Positions 1 through 9,242 of a stretch of DNA of 64,000 nucleotides are shown in pieces. Under the pieces are notes generated by a model. The model made no database searches. It saw nothing but the letters and a program-made list of their open reading frames with translations, and was not told the DNA's origin. A program made the translations under genes and the position numbers. The first letter of the stretch is position 1. Every line of letters starts with the position of its first letter. The stretch is from Methanobacteriota archaeon (GTDB taxonomy: Archaea; Thermoplasmatota; Thermoplasmata; SG8-5; JAGLSY01). The stretch lies in contig JAEHCQ010000001.1 in assembly GCA_020696385.1 (NCBI GenBank), positions 64,001 to 128,000 on the forward strand, in the 5' to 3' direction.

Positions 1-39
1 TGCCATAAGAAAACAAACTTGCTTTTTTATTATGCTCAT
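1..39 (-). CDS. Possible 5' end of a gene running off the left edge (MSIIKKQVCFLMA..., signal-peptide-like)
   Basis: ATG at 39 opens an in-frame stretch to position 1 with basic then hydrophobic residues. A BRE/TATA-like AAAGCTTATATA lies on the minus strand near 100-112. Only 13 codons are visible. Confidence 0.35.
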   Translation of the reverse strand, partial: MSIIKKQVCFLMA

Positions 40-123
40 ATGCCCACTTCCACCACATATCACATCTTATGATATATTGTATAGATGAAAGTGTTAAGAA
101 TATATAAGCTTTCTGAGTAGGTA

Positions 124-155
124 TGAAATATCAGACTTATTAGTCTGATATTTCA
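124..155 (-). terminator. Perfect 14-bp hairpin beginning at the stop codon of the 1643-aa gene
   Basis: TGAAATATCAGACT-TATT-AGTCTGATATTTCA; the stem includes the TGA stop at 153-155. Confidence 0.6.
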
Positions 156-3100
156 CATTTTCTTCTTCATTTCTCTTATGTATTCTTCTTCCGTTATCTC
201 TCCTGATATCAGCTTTCTGTCCAATTCGCTCATACCATCAGTATCCCCGGTACCCTTCTTTTTCTTAATCTCCGAAGTGACCACAGTGCCTGTTAATAGC
301 ACTATCACCACAAGGCCGATCAAGAACAAGCCAACAAATGATGGAGCATAGTTTTTCTGAGATTTGGAGTTCTCCATCTGCTCTGTTTCCAGGTCGTATA
401 GCCCTTCATCACCATTTTCCTTAAGGATCAATAGGTCTACGCCTGGAGGTGTTGTGATAGCAAGAGAAGGCAGGAGGTTTGTATCATCCTCCAGTTCCCC
501 TCCTTCAATGGCTATCACGGTTATCATGGGCGTGGGCCCGACTAGCAATCCTTCCCCGTCGATCGCATCATTGCCGGTAACCCAAGCCCCATCATTGAGA
601 GAATATATGCCGGGGGATGTGAATTCCTGTTTCCCGGCTGGGTTTGGTTTTGTGGATATGATCAGGTCAAGAGTTTGAACCTCTCCTGCCACCATGGTCC
701 CGATGTTCCATGTCAAATGTGTTGAGCCAGCTCTTCCGACTCCATTCTGCCCATGGATGAAGGAACCGTTCGATGCTGAATAATTCACCAGCTCAAGCTC
801 AGCTGGAAGAACATCATGAACTACCACAACCAATACATCTGAATCGCCCTCATTGGCGACTGTTATGCGCAATACCCATCCGTATTTCGTATGGGTGTAA
901 ACGACATCAGGGCCAGATGTCTTAACCTTGTCAATTGTCAGAACTCCGCCAATTGGTTCTATCGGCGGCTCCTCTGGCTCGAATACCGTTATCTGGCATT
1001 CGTCAGAGGCTACATGGCCATCATTATCAATTACTGTAAGAATTACGGTGAAATTGCCAGCCGTGGTATATCTATAGGATGGCATCAGACCATTGATTAT
1101 TGATCCATCTCCAAAGTCCCAGGAATAGGAAATTATTGTTCCATCTGGGTCATAGCTGCCAGAGGCATCGAACTGAACATCAGTGTTAAGGCAAACCATC
1201 TGATCGAGTCCTGCGTCTGCAACTGGTGGTAGATTAGGTAGAATAAATGGATTAATAGTCATTTGACCACTAGCCTGATTATTTGTGAGGTCTATATCAC
1301 CAGGAACGACATCAGAGGCAACTACTATCACAGAATGATCGCCAAGCTGATCTGCAAGCCAACTTGTAGATACTGTTGTAGCTCCATCAGCAGGAACAAA
1401 GATGCCATACTGCCTGTCGATAAGAGTTGCTTCTGAAACTGTATCAAGATAGAAAGATACAGTAGAATTTGCATCCTGACCGACCTTTGCAGCTGGTTTC
1501 TCGGCATAGAAAAGACGATTATGGCTACCATCGTAGCCAGTATACCAGGTCTTCATGGTATCACCCTCTATTGACACCTGACCAAATCCTATCGCACTGG
1601 TCTCCAAAGGCAGGGAGCCTTCAAGGACTATGCCAGTCCGGGTCCAGGAAATACCGTCTGGTGAAGAGGCATGTAATATCCTGCAGGGACCCGGGTATGC
1701 AGCGTAGCCTGTGTAATACATATCATATCCAGTGGCTGTTGGTATGATCCAAGGGAATGAAGCTGCTGGATAATCATATTGCCCATCATTGTTCAGAACG
1801 ACACCGTCCTTTATCCAGGGATCAGATAATTGAGCTTTGTGAGCGTGGCATATCCTGCCTTCGTTCGGAGAGCCCCAATCAGTCCCCCCATACCACATAT
1901 GCCATTCAGTCCCATCATAGAGAACAAAAGGAACGGTTACACCATCAGGATCCGCGGGAGTTCCATAGTCCATATCCATACCTAATTTCTGCCATGTTAT
2001 ACCGCTATCATAGGATATGGCCTTGTGAATATATCCACGGTAGCCGCCATTGGAGCCTATGCCAGTGTACCACATATGATAGATGCCACTGTCGTCCACC
2101 ATTACATATGGATGAAGGACACCGTACTCTTCATACGCATTGCCAAAATCAAGAGCCATTCCCTGCCTCTGCCAGCTTATTCCATCCTGGCTTGTGGCGC
2201 GGAATATTCTATATCTATATGTCAGGCTATCGTCCCCATCTCCATTGTACCACATGACATAACTTCCATCATCCAACTTCAGGACACATGGCTTTCCAAC
2301 ATGAAGATCCTCACCAGCTCCACCAAGATCGAGGATCACACCACTCTTATTCCAGGAACTGCTTTGACTCTGATCTCCAAGAATATCAACATCGATGGTG
2401 ATAATATCATTTTCAATGGCTTGATTATTTGATAAGGCCAATGAGTCCAATGAGATATCCACACCCACCAAAGGTGTGGTAATAGCATCAACACTTATCT
2501 GGACAACTGCCATATCATTGGAATTGTCCATATCAGATGGGGCGGAGTTGGTTATATCTGCTATAATGTCATAGTCTCCAGGGACAGCTGTCCAGTCAAA
2601 TGATATGATAGTATTGGAATCTGCTGGAACAAAGACATTTGTCTGCCTGTATATCAAATTTGAAGCAGATATTGTATCTAAATATAGAGATACAGTACAA
2701 TTTGCATCCTGGCCAACATTTCCAGCTGGTTTCTCTGCATAGAAAAGGCGTTGATGACTTCCATCATAGCCTGAATACCAACACTTCATGGTATCACCCT
2801 CAATCGACATCTGACCAAGTCCTATCATATTGGCCTCCAAAGGCAGGGAGCCTTCAAGGACTATGCCAGTCTTTACCCAGGTAAGACCATCTGATGAGGT
2901 CGCATGCAATATTCTAGAGGGGCCAGTGTATGGTATGGAACCAGTGTAGTACATCTCATAACCCGTATTTGTTGGTATGATACTGGGTGATACTGCGGAT
3001 GGGTAATCATATGGCCCATCATTGTTCAGAACGACACCGTCCTTTATCCAGGCATCAGATAACTGTGCCTTGTGAGCATGGCATATTCTTCCCTCATTCG

Positions 3101-5084
3101 GAGAGCCCCAATCGATTCCATCATACCACATATGCCATTCTGTTCCATCATAATGAACATAAGGGGATCTAACACCATCTGGGTCTGCAGCGGTTCCATA
3201 ATTTAGCTCCATACCCAATTTCTGCCATGTTATGCCGTTATCATAGGATATGGCTTTGTGGATATATCCACGGTAGCCACCATTGGAGCCTATGCCAGTG
3301 TACCACATATGATAAATTCCATTATCATCTATAATGACATTAGGAGTAAGAACACCGTATTCTTCATACGCATTTCCATAATCAAGAACCATTCCCTGTT
3401 TCTGCCATACTATACCATCTGGGCTTGTGGCTCTGAATATTCTATGCCTGTACACCAGATTGTCATCTCCATCTCCATTGTACCACATGACATAACTGCC
3501 ATCATCCAGCTTCAGGACACATGGACTTGTTATATGAAGATCCTCGCCAGTTCCACCAATGTCAATTACAACACCACTCCGAACCCAGGAACTGTTTTGG
3601 CTCTGGTCTCCAAGAATGTCAACATCGATGGTTATGATATCATTTTCAATGGCTTGATTACTTGATAAGGCCAGTGAATTCAATGAAATATCCACACCCG
3701 CAGAAGGTATGGAAATAGCAGCAGCAGATATCTGGACAATTGCCATGTCATTGGTATTATCCATATCAGGTGGGGCGGAGTTGGTTATCTCTGCTATAAT
3801 ATCATAGTCTCCAGGGATAGCTGTCCAGTCAAATGATATGATAGTATTGGAATCTGCTGGAACAAAGACATTTGTCTGCCTGTATATCAAATTTGCAGCA
3901 GATATTGAGTCTAAATATAGAGATACAGTACAATTTGCATCCTGGCCGACCTTTGCAGCTGGTTTCTCTGCATAGAAAATACGATGATTGTTACCATCTG
4001 ATCCGGCATACCAACATTTCAAGATATCACCATCCATCAATACATGACCACTACCCACCTCATCACCCTCTAGAGGCATGGTACCCTCAATAGCTATGCC
4101 GGTCTTGACCCAGGCAATACCGTCGGGTGAGGTCGCATGCAATATTCTGGCAGTTGCAATAGAAGGCATGTAACCAGTGTAATACATCTCATACCCTCCA
4201 TTTATTGGTATGATCCGGGAATTTGAGGCGACTGGATAATCGTATGGTCCATCATTGTTCAGAACGACACCGTCCTTTATCCAGGCATCAGATAACTGTG
4301 CCTTGTGAGCATGACATAATCGAGCCTCATTTGGAGAGCCCCAGGAAATACCAGTATACCACATATGCCATTGGGATCCATCATAATGAACGAAAGGAGC
4401 AGTAGCGCCGTCGGGGTCTGCGGCAGTTCCATAGCCGACATCCACTCCCAATTTTTGCCATGTTATACCATCATCATAAGATATCGCCTTGTGAATATAT
4501 GCTCGATAGCCTCCATTGTAGCCTATTCCAGTGTACCACATATGATAGATATTGTTATCATCCACCATAACATTGGGAAAGTAAACGCCATTCTGCTCAT
4601 AAGCATTACCATAATCAAGAGCCAATCCTTGTTTCTGCCATGTCATACCATCCGAGCTTGTAGCTCTGAATATTCTGTAATTGTATACCGAACTGTTAGT
4701 TCCAAACCCTGCGTACCACATTGCATAGCTACCATCATCCATCTTCAGAACACTTGGATTTATTACATAAAGATCCTCATAAGCCCCGTCTACATCGAGT
4801 ACAACTCCACTCTTGTTCCAGGAACTGTTTTGGCTCTGGTCTCCAAGAATATCAACATCAATGGTTATAATATCATTTTCAATGGCTTGATTACTTGATA
4901 AGGCCAGTGAATTCAATGAAATATCCACATCGGAAGATAGTGGAGCATCCTGAATTGAAGATGAGGCTGTTATAATAGGTATAGAGATATCATCATTATG
5001 AACAGGATCTACCAATACCACAAATGATACTGTGAACATCAGGCATGCGATAGCAAGGGTCATTAGGGTATTTTTACGGTTCAT
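153..5084 (-). CDS. Membrane-anchored surface protein: signal peptide, 3 x (CARDB-like Ig domain with inserted five-bladed beta-propeller, GH32/43/130-like), PKD, DUF11-like domain, C-terminal TM helix, cytoplasmic SHOCT-like tail
   Basis: N-terminal MNRKNTLMTLAIACLMFTVSFVV; repeated blades of the type P.V....G.Y.MWY.G.....I..A.S.DG..W.K.G.VL; PKD motif PPVADAG...FDASGSYDPDGTIISYSWDFGDG; TM FVGLFLIGLVVIVLLTGTVV; tail LDRKLISGEITEEEYIREMKKKM. SD AAGGAG upstream. Confidence 0.85.
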   Translation of the reverse strand: MNRKNTLMTLAIACLMFTVSFVVLVDPVHNDDISIPIITASSSIQDAPLSSDVDISLNSLALSSNQAIENDIITIDVDILGDQSQNSSWNKSGVVLDVDGAYEDLYVINPSVLKMDDGSYAMWYAGFGTNSSVYNYRIFRATSSDGMTWQKQGLALDYGNAYEQNGVYFPNVMVDDNNIYHMWYTGIGYNGGYRAYIHKAISYDDGITWQKLGVDVGYGTAADPDGATAPFVHYDGSQWHMWYTGISWGSPNEARLCHAHKAQLSDAWIKDGVVLNNDGPYDYPVASNSRIIPINGGYEMYYTGYMPSIATARILHATSPDGIAWVKTGIAIEGTMPLEGDEVGSGHVLMDGDILKCWYAGSDGNNHRIFYAEKPAAKVGQDANCTVSLYLDSISAANLIYRQTNVFVPADSNTIISFDWTAIPGDYDIIAEITNSAPPDMDNTNDMAIVQISAAAISIPSAGVDISLNSLALSSNQAIENDIITIDVDILGDQSQNSSWVRSGVVIDIGGTGEDLHITSPCVLKLDDGSYVMWYNGDGDDNLVYRHRIFRATSPDGIVWQKQGMVLDYGNAYEEYGVLTPNVIIDDNGIYHMWYTGIGSNGGYRGYIHKAISYDNGITWQKLGMELNYGTAADPDGVRSPYVHYDGTEWHMWYDGIDWGSPNEGRICHAHKAQLSDAWIKDGVVLNNDGPYDYPSAVSPSIIPTNTGYEMYYTGSIPYTGPSRILHATSSDGLTWVKTGIVLEGSLPLEANMIGLGQMSIEGDTMKCWYSGYDGSHQRLFYAEKPAGNVGQDANCTVSLYLDTISASNLIYRQTNVFVPADSNTIISFDWTAVPGDYDIIADITNSAPSDMDNSNDMAVVQISVDAITTPLVGVDISLDSLALSNNQAIENDIITIDVDILGDQSQSSSWNKSGVILDLGGAGEDLHVGKPCVLKLDDGSYVMWYNGDGDDSLTYRYRIFRATSQDGISWQRQGMALDFGNAYEEYGVLHPYVMVDDSGIYHMWYTGIGSNGGYRGYIHKAISYDSGITWQKLGMDMDYGTPADPDGVTVPFVLYDGTEWHMWYGGTDWGSPNEGRICHAHKAQLSDPWIKDGVVLNNDGQYDYPAASFPWIIPTATGYDMYYTGYAAYPGPCRILHASSPDGISWTRTGIVLEGSLPLETSAIGFGQVSIEGDTMKTWYTGYDGSHNRLFYAEKPAAKVGQDANSTVSFYLDTVSEATLIDRQYGIFVPADGATTVSTSWLADQLGDHSVIVVASDVVPGDIDLTNNQASGQMTINPFILPNLPPVADAGLDQMVCLNTDVQFDASGSYDPDGTIISYSWDFGDGSIINGLMPSYRYTTAGNFTVILTVIDNDGHVASDECQITVFEPEEPPIEPIGGVLTIDKVKTSGPDVVYTHTKYGWVLRITVANEGDSDVLVVVVHDVLPAELELVNYSASNGSFIHGQNGVGRAGSTHLTWNIGTMVAGEVQTLDLIISTKPNPAGKQEFTSPGIYSLNDGAWVTGNDAIDGEGLLVGPTPMITVIAIEGGELEDDTNLLPSLAITTPPGVDLLILKENGDEGLYDLETEQMENSKSQKNYAPSFVGLFLIGLVVIVLLTGTVVTSEIKKKKGTGDTDGMSELDRKLISGEITEEEYIREMKKKM
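1250..4930 (-). repeat. Three intragenic tandem repeats, period 1233 nt (411 aa)
   Basis: Anchor ATATCCAC recurs at 2455, 3688 and 4921, exactly 1233 nt apart. The CARDB-coding parts of units 1 and 2 are near-identical in DNA and the propeller parts are more diverged. Confidence 0.9.
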
Positions 5085-5098
5085 TTTGATTTCTCCTT

Positions 5099-5125
5099 AT
5101 TTAGGACATGTTAAAGTCCATAAAT
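5099..5125. promoter_or_regulatory. Imperfect palindrome in the divergent intergenic region; candidate operator for the adjacent wHTH regulator
   Basis: ATTTA-GGAC-ATGTTAAA-GTCC-A-TAAAT, 15-40 nt upstream of the 1643-aa gene start. Function is inferred. Confidence 0.3.
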
Positions 5126-5220
5126 ATGTGTTTTTAGAAAAATTAAATAGACTTTTCCCAATATTTAGTAGATAAATACCAAAGTAAATTTAAAATACTA
5201 TGTCTCACTTCTAACTATGG

Positions 5221-5655
5221 ATGAGAGAGAGAAGTGCGGCAATAATGAAGCATATGTCCTCGGAGACATGCAATAAGATCCTGCAAAGTTTGCGAGAGGA
5301 GCTGGATCACCCGGATGATATTTCCAAGAAATTGAAGGTTGTTCGGCAAACTGTGGATTGGCATCTATTGCGGCTCAGTGCCCTGGGAATCGTGGATAGG
5401 ATCCCTATTTCCTCACTTAGCGGGCGGCCAAAGATCATATACCGACTATCCAAAGATGGAGAGAATATGATAGACACCATTGATGATGCGGTCTTCAAGC
5501 ATTATTCTAAAATAAAGAAGGCATATCAGGACGATATCAAGGATCTGGACATGAAATTGGCTATGGGGCAGATCAGTGAAGATGCCTACAAAGAAAAGAT
5601 AAAGAAAACAGAAAAGGACCTAGGCATACTTAATGGGTCTGGATCCACTAAATAA
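5221..5655 (+). CDS. ArsR-like winged-HTH transcriptional regulator with C-terminal SHOCT-like motif
   Basis: KILQSLREELDHPDDISKKLKVVRQTVDWHLLRLSALGIV...GRPKIIYRLSKDG (wHTH); tail IKDLDMKLAMGQISEDAYKEKIKK. Confidence 0.85.
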   Translation: MRERSAAIMKHMSSETCNKILQSLREELDHPDDISKKLKVVRQTVDWHLLRLSALGIVDRIPISSLSGRPKIIYRLSKDGENMIDTIDDAVFKHYSKIKKAYQDDIKDLDMKLAMGQISEDAYKEKIKKTEKDLGILNGSGSTK

Positions 5656-5697
5656 AATCATATATCCTTATAATCAAACTTAAAAAATGAAAGAGAG

Positions 5698-5720
5698 GCC
5701 AGGCCCTTCAAAGGCCTGGC
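5698..5720. terminator. GC-rich hairpin between the convergent regulator and tfb genes
   Basis: GCCAGGCC-CTTCAAA-GGCCTGGC, 8-bp perfect stem, followed on the minus strand by a T-rich tract. Confidence 0.55.
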
Positions 5721-5746
5721 ATTTATGTCTTTTCAAGGATCACTGT

Positions 5747-6679
5747 TCAAAGCTGGATCTCGATACCCAACTTTTCTGTGAGTTCCTTGTACCTGTTCCT
5801 GATGGTAACTTCAGTAACTCCAGCAACATCAGCAACTTCCCTCTGTGTCCTTCTCGCATTGCACAGGATGGAAGATACATATATTGCGGCCGCGGCCACA
5901 CCAGTTGGTCCTCTACCAGAGGTCAGCTCCTTCTCGGCTGCCTGCTTCAGTATCTCCAGTGCTTTCTGCTGAACATCTCCAGCCAGCTTCAATTCACTGC
6001 AGAACCTTGATATGTAATCTTCTGGCTTGGTGGGCATGAGCTTAAGCTTGAGCTCACGGGTCATGAACCGGTATGTCCTGCCGATCTCTTTTCTACCAAC
6101 ACGGCTGGCACCAGCGATCTCATCCAGTGTTCTTGGAACATTACACTGTCTGCAAGCAGCATAAAGGGATGCCGCAACGACTCCTTCGATGCTTCTGCCC
6201 CTGATAAGATTCTTATTAACTGCCTTTCGGTAGACCATGGCTGCGGTTTCCCTCACATTCCTTGGGAGACCCATTCCGGAGGCCATTCTGTCCAGCTCGC
6301 TAAGTGCGAAGGCCAGGTTCCTCTCGGTTGCATTGGAAACTCGTATTCTCCTCTGCCACTTTCTCAATCTGTAAAGCTGGGCTCGATTCCTTGTTGGAAT
6401 GCTCTTCCCATAGGAATCCTTGTTCTTCCAGCCGATCTCGGTGGAAAGACCCTTGTCGTGAATGGTATAGGTCATTGGTGCACCGGTTCTTGCACGTTTT
6501 TCACCCTGTTCCGAGTCAAATGCCCTCCATTCCGGACCCTGGTCTATCAATTGCTCATCGATAACCAAACCACAGTCCTCGCAAACAAGTTCTCCACGAT
6601 TATAGTCCCTGACAAGATGGCTTCCAGAACATTCTGGACACGCCACTACATCATCTGGTCCTTCTCTTTTTTTTGCCAT
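5747..6679 (-). CDS. tfb: Transcription initiation factor IIB (TFB)
   Basis: Zn ribbon CPEC...CEDCG, B-reader PEWRAF, two cyclin repeats ([17 protein letters not shown]; [13 protein letters not shown]), C-terminal [12 protein letters not shown]. Confidence 0.98.
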   Translation of the reverse strand: MAKKREGPDDVVACPECSGSHLVRDYNRGELVCEDCGLVIDEQLIDQGPEWRAFDSEQGEKRARTGAPMTYTIHDKGLSTEIGWKNKDSYGKSIPTRNRAQLYRLRKWQRRIRVSNATERNLAFALSELDRMASGMGLPRNVRETAAMVYRKAVNKNLIRGRSIEGVVAASLYAACRQCNVPRTLDEIAGASRVGRKEIGRTYRFMTRELKLKLMPTKPEDYISRFCSELKLAGDVQQKALEILKQAAEKELTSGRGPTGVAAAAIYVSSILCNARRTQREVADVAGVTEVTIRNRYKELTEKLGIEIQL

Positions 6680-6953
6680 GCTTACTACCCCTTTTTATAT
6701 TCCTGAATTTTGATTCCAGTTCCTTGTCAGAGAAGATCTCGTTATTTATGAAATGCATCCTCTCACTCTCTGGAATACCAGATACTTTCACTATGAGATA
6801 TGGTGATGAGACCGGCCCTATGGTCTTGACCACATGCCCGATCTTTACCTTACTTCTGTCAAACACCCATGTGCCAGGCCTATGTGCCTCGCTGGTCTTG
6901 ACAAGGAGCTCTCCCTTGTGATTCATATCATTGACTGTACCCAGGGATTTCAT
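6651..6953 (-). CDS. gar1: H/ACA RNP component Gar1/Naf1 family protein
   Basis: MKSLGTV...G.LLVK...[20 protein letters not shown] matches the Gar1 pattern; gar1-tfb adjacency is common in archaea. Start could be 6965 or 6953. Confidence 0.8.
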   Translation of the reverse strand: MKSLGTVNDMNHKGELLVKTSEAHRPGTWVFDRSKVKIGHVVKTIGPVSSPYLIVKVSGIPESERMHFINNEIFSDKELESKFRNIKRGSKHGKKKRRTR

Positions 6954-7002
6954 CTCCAACCTCATCGTCTAAGTAATTTTGGAAACCTCCCTAAGAAAAA
7001 GT

Positions 7003-7019
7003 CATATATATACTTTTCG
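7003..7019 (-). promoter_or_regulatory. BRE/TATA promoter for gar1-tfb
   Basis: Minus strand CGAAAAGTATATATATG about 50 nt upstream of gar1. Confidence 0.55.
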
Positions 7020-7197
7020 CAATCACTTATATTCTTTATTGTGATTTTCACGAAAGGTTTTTATATCTTTCGTTAGGGACTTATATCGATATATTATATT
7101 GGGCAATAGATCGTACATAATATTGCACATATGAAAGGTATCCCAAGCCTAATGGCTTGGGACATTTCTACAGATGGAAGATATCCATCTTCGCGAT

Positions 7198-8631
7198 CTA
7201 CAATTCCTTCTCAGCAAAGAAAGCACTGTAAGCTCTGTATGTATTGTAGATATCAGCCTTACTGCCTATCTCGAAAGGCGAGTGCATGCTTATCAAAGCC
7301 GGACCACAGTCAACAGTTTCCATACCATATTCTGCAAGGAAGCGAGCGACTGTTCCGCCACCGCCTTCATCCACCTTACCAAGCTCGGCAGACTGCCATG
7401 GAACTTTATTCTTATTGAAAAGGTTCCTGACCTGTCCCATGTACTCGGCTGTCGCGTCATTGGAGCCGCCTTTTCCTCTGGCTCCTCCGAATTTACATAT
7501 GACGATACCGCGTCCGATCCTGGCTGCATTATTGGCCTCATGGACATCCTTGAAAACAGGGTGTATGGCTACATCGACATCAGCTGAAAGGGCGTGGCTA
7601 TTGGCCATCACACTCTTTAATTCTGAATATTTGAAATCGGGGTTCATCTTACTCATCAGCTCAGATACCGAGAGTTCGATGTAATTAGACTGGGCACCTG
7701 TAGCGCCTATGCTTCCAACTTCTTCCTTGTCGAAGAAATAGCAGATAGCAGTTCTCTCCGGTGTCTTGGCATCGAATAATGCCATCAGAGAAGTGTAAGC
7801 GCATGCGCGGTCATCCTGTCCGTATGCGCCGACCATGCTTCTGTCAAGGCCGACATCTCGGGGATTCATGGCCGGAACTGCCTCCAGTTCCGCACTTACA
7901 AGGTCTTCCTCAGTTATTCCATATTTCTCATTGAGTAATTTCAGGATATGTAATTTTATCTTGTTCTTGGCGTCCTTTTCCTCGGATAATGGGATGTGGC
8001 CAGCCAATATGACAAGTTCCTCTCCCTTGATCCCTTCGAAAAGGGTTCTGGTTCCCTGGGTCTTGTGAGCCAGATGAGGTAATAGATCACCTATGACGAA
8101 AACAGGGTCGGATTCATCCTCGCCTATAACGACATTGATCTTCTTTCCATCAGCTCTCATGATGACACCATGAATAGCCAGTGGTATGTTCACCCACTGG
8201 TATTTCTTTATGCCACCATAATAGTGGGTCTTGAAAAGTGCCAGTTCGATGTCCGTATCTTCATAGAGCGGCTTCTGTTTCAGATCGATCCTAGGGCTAT
8301 CGATATGAGATGCGATGAGCCTGAATCCATCATCCAGCTTCTTCTTACCGATGACCGCCATTGAAAGAACACGGCCCTTACTAACCTGGTACACCTTGTC
8401 ACCAGGCTTCAGCTTCTTGTATTTGTCAATGGATTTGAAGCCTTTCTTCTCAATAAGCGGGATAACATAGTCCACGACCTCTCTTTCTGTTTTGCATATT
8501 GTCAGGAACTTCTTGTAGCCTTCTGAAAAATCATGAATGGCCTTGATGGTCTTCTTATCTGCGTTTGCCCAGGAGCTTTCTCCCTTCATCGTTAGCTTTT
8601 CTTCTAAACTAGATGTTTTCTTCTTCGCCAT
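7198..8631 (-). CDS. M18 family (aspartyl/aminopeptidase I-like) zinc aminopeptidase
   Basis: ASHIDSPRIDLK, THYYGGIKKYQW, YGQDDRAC, DKEEVGS, SADV and SMHSPFE motifs. Confidence 0.93.
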   Translation of the reverse strand: MAKKKTSSLEEKLTMKGESSWANADKKTIKAIHDFSEGYKKFLTICKTEREVVDYVIPLIEKKGFKSIDKYKKLKPGDKVYQVSKGRVLSMAVIGKKKLDDGFRLIASHIDSPRIDLKQKPLYEDTDIELALFKTHYYGGIKKYQWVNIPLAIHGVIMRADGKKINVVIGEDESDPVFVIGDLLPHLAHKTQGTRTLFEGIKGEELVILAGHIPLSEEKDAKNKIKLHILKLLNEKYGITEEDLVSAELEAVPAMNPRDVGLDRSMVGAYGQDDRACAYTSLMALFDAKTPERTAICYFFDKEEVGSIGATGAQSNYIELSVSELMSKMNPDFKYSELKSVMANSHALSADVDVAIHPVFKDVHEANNAARIGRGIVICKFGGARGKGGSNDATAEYMGQVRNLFNKNKVPWQSAELGKVDEGGGGTVARFLAEYGMETVDCGPALISMHSPFEIGSKADIYNTYRAYSAFFAEKEL

Positions 8632-8756
8632 TACCTACACCCCTTAAATGTATGATACCTGGATAGTTATTAAGTATATATCGGTTTTGCCATATTTAGC
8701 AGTAACAATTGTTTAAGATGTGCGATAATATACGACAAGATAAGATTTTAGAAAGT

Positions 8757-9028
8757 TTGACCTCCCCGCCCTCCGTTTCACTACAGACGAGGGTTCAAAT
8801 ATCAAAGCACTCTGTGACTGTCACTCGAATATTTTTTGAATATAAGACCACGCCCAATTCAAAATTGGGCTAGTTCGCAACTGACGTTGCTCACCCCGCC
8901 CGCCAGCTGAGAATACACTGTAATTTAGACGGGGCATGACGCTGTGAAATCAATGGCCTTTGGCCTATTGATTTCAGTACTCAAGATCTTCATCAGTAAG
9001 CCTTTTCTTTTTACCTCGCTGCGCTGGC
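8757..9028. mobile_element. Non-coding cassette copy A: two IS200/IS605-like hairpins, conserved core, copy of the neighbouring gene's 3' end, U-rich motif
   Basis: TTGACCTCCCCGCCC...GACGAGGGTTC; core AAGCACTCTGTGACTGTCACTCG (8805-8827); CACCCCGCCC...GACGGGGCATG (8892-8938); AAGCCTTTTCTTTTTACCTCGCTGCGCTGGC (8998-9028). The same blocks occur in the same order at 13808-14083. No transposase is in the window. Confidence 0.6.
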
Positions 9029-9116
9029 CAGGCTCTAAAGAAAAGGGTTACCGTCCAAAAGAAAGTCGCCTGGCGCTGCTCGCTTGGGATTTTATCAGTA
9101 CTCAAGATCTTCATCA
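8974..9116. repeat. 22-bp perfect direct repeat TCAGTACTCAAGATCTTCATCA at 8974-8995 and 9095-9116
   Basis: Read directly. The second copy is the C'-guide-D end of the box C/D sRNA. Confidence 0.95.
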
Positions 9117-9170
9117 TGGAAAAATTGACAAGTCAACATTTCTCAGCAAGAGTTCAATCATCACAGAATC
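9090..9170 (-). ncRNA. Box C/D 2'-O-methylation guide sRNA; predicted target C34 of tRNA-Leu(CAA)
   Basis: Minus strand: C box GTGATGA (9164-9158), 11-nt guide TTGAACTCTTG, D' CTGA (9146-9143), hairpin spacer, C' ATGATGA (9117-9111), 12-nt guide AGATCTTGAGTA, D CTGA (9098-9095). TATA-like TTTTAATA at 9194-9187. The D guide is complementary to ACUCAAGAUC, a CAA anticodon loop, and the N+5 rule lands on the wobble C. Confidence 0.85.
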
Positions 9171-9242
9171 ACTAATTCCATTTCATTATTAAAATCCTTT
9201 GCATAGAATTAGTCTATCTGCTCGTGTAAGCCATATCCTATC

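Noticed and set aside
8788-8800. CGAGGGTTCAAAT resembles a tRNA T-arm
   Set aside because: No cloverleaf can be built around it; it is the 3' arm of the cassette hairpin.
8974-9116. CRISPR or TIGR-like array
   Set aside because: Only two repeat copies, an identical guide between the boxes, and no cas or Nop-domain gene in the window.
8944-9192. 82-aa plus-strand ORF, and a minus-strand mini-ORF ending DEDLEY*
   Set aside because: The region is better explained by the box C/D sRNA and the repeat cassette; neither ORF looks protein-like.
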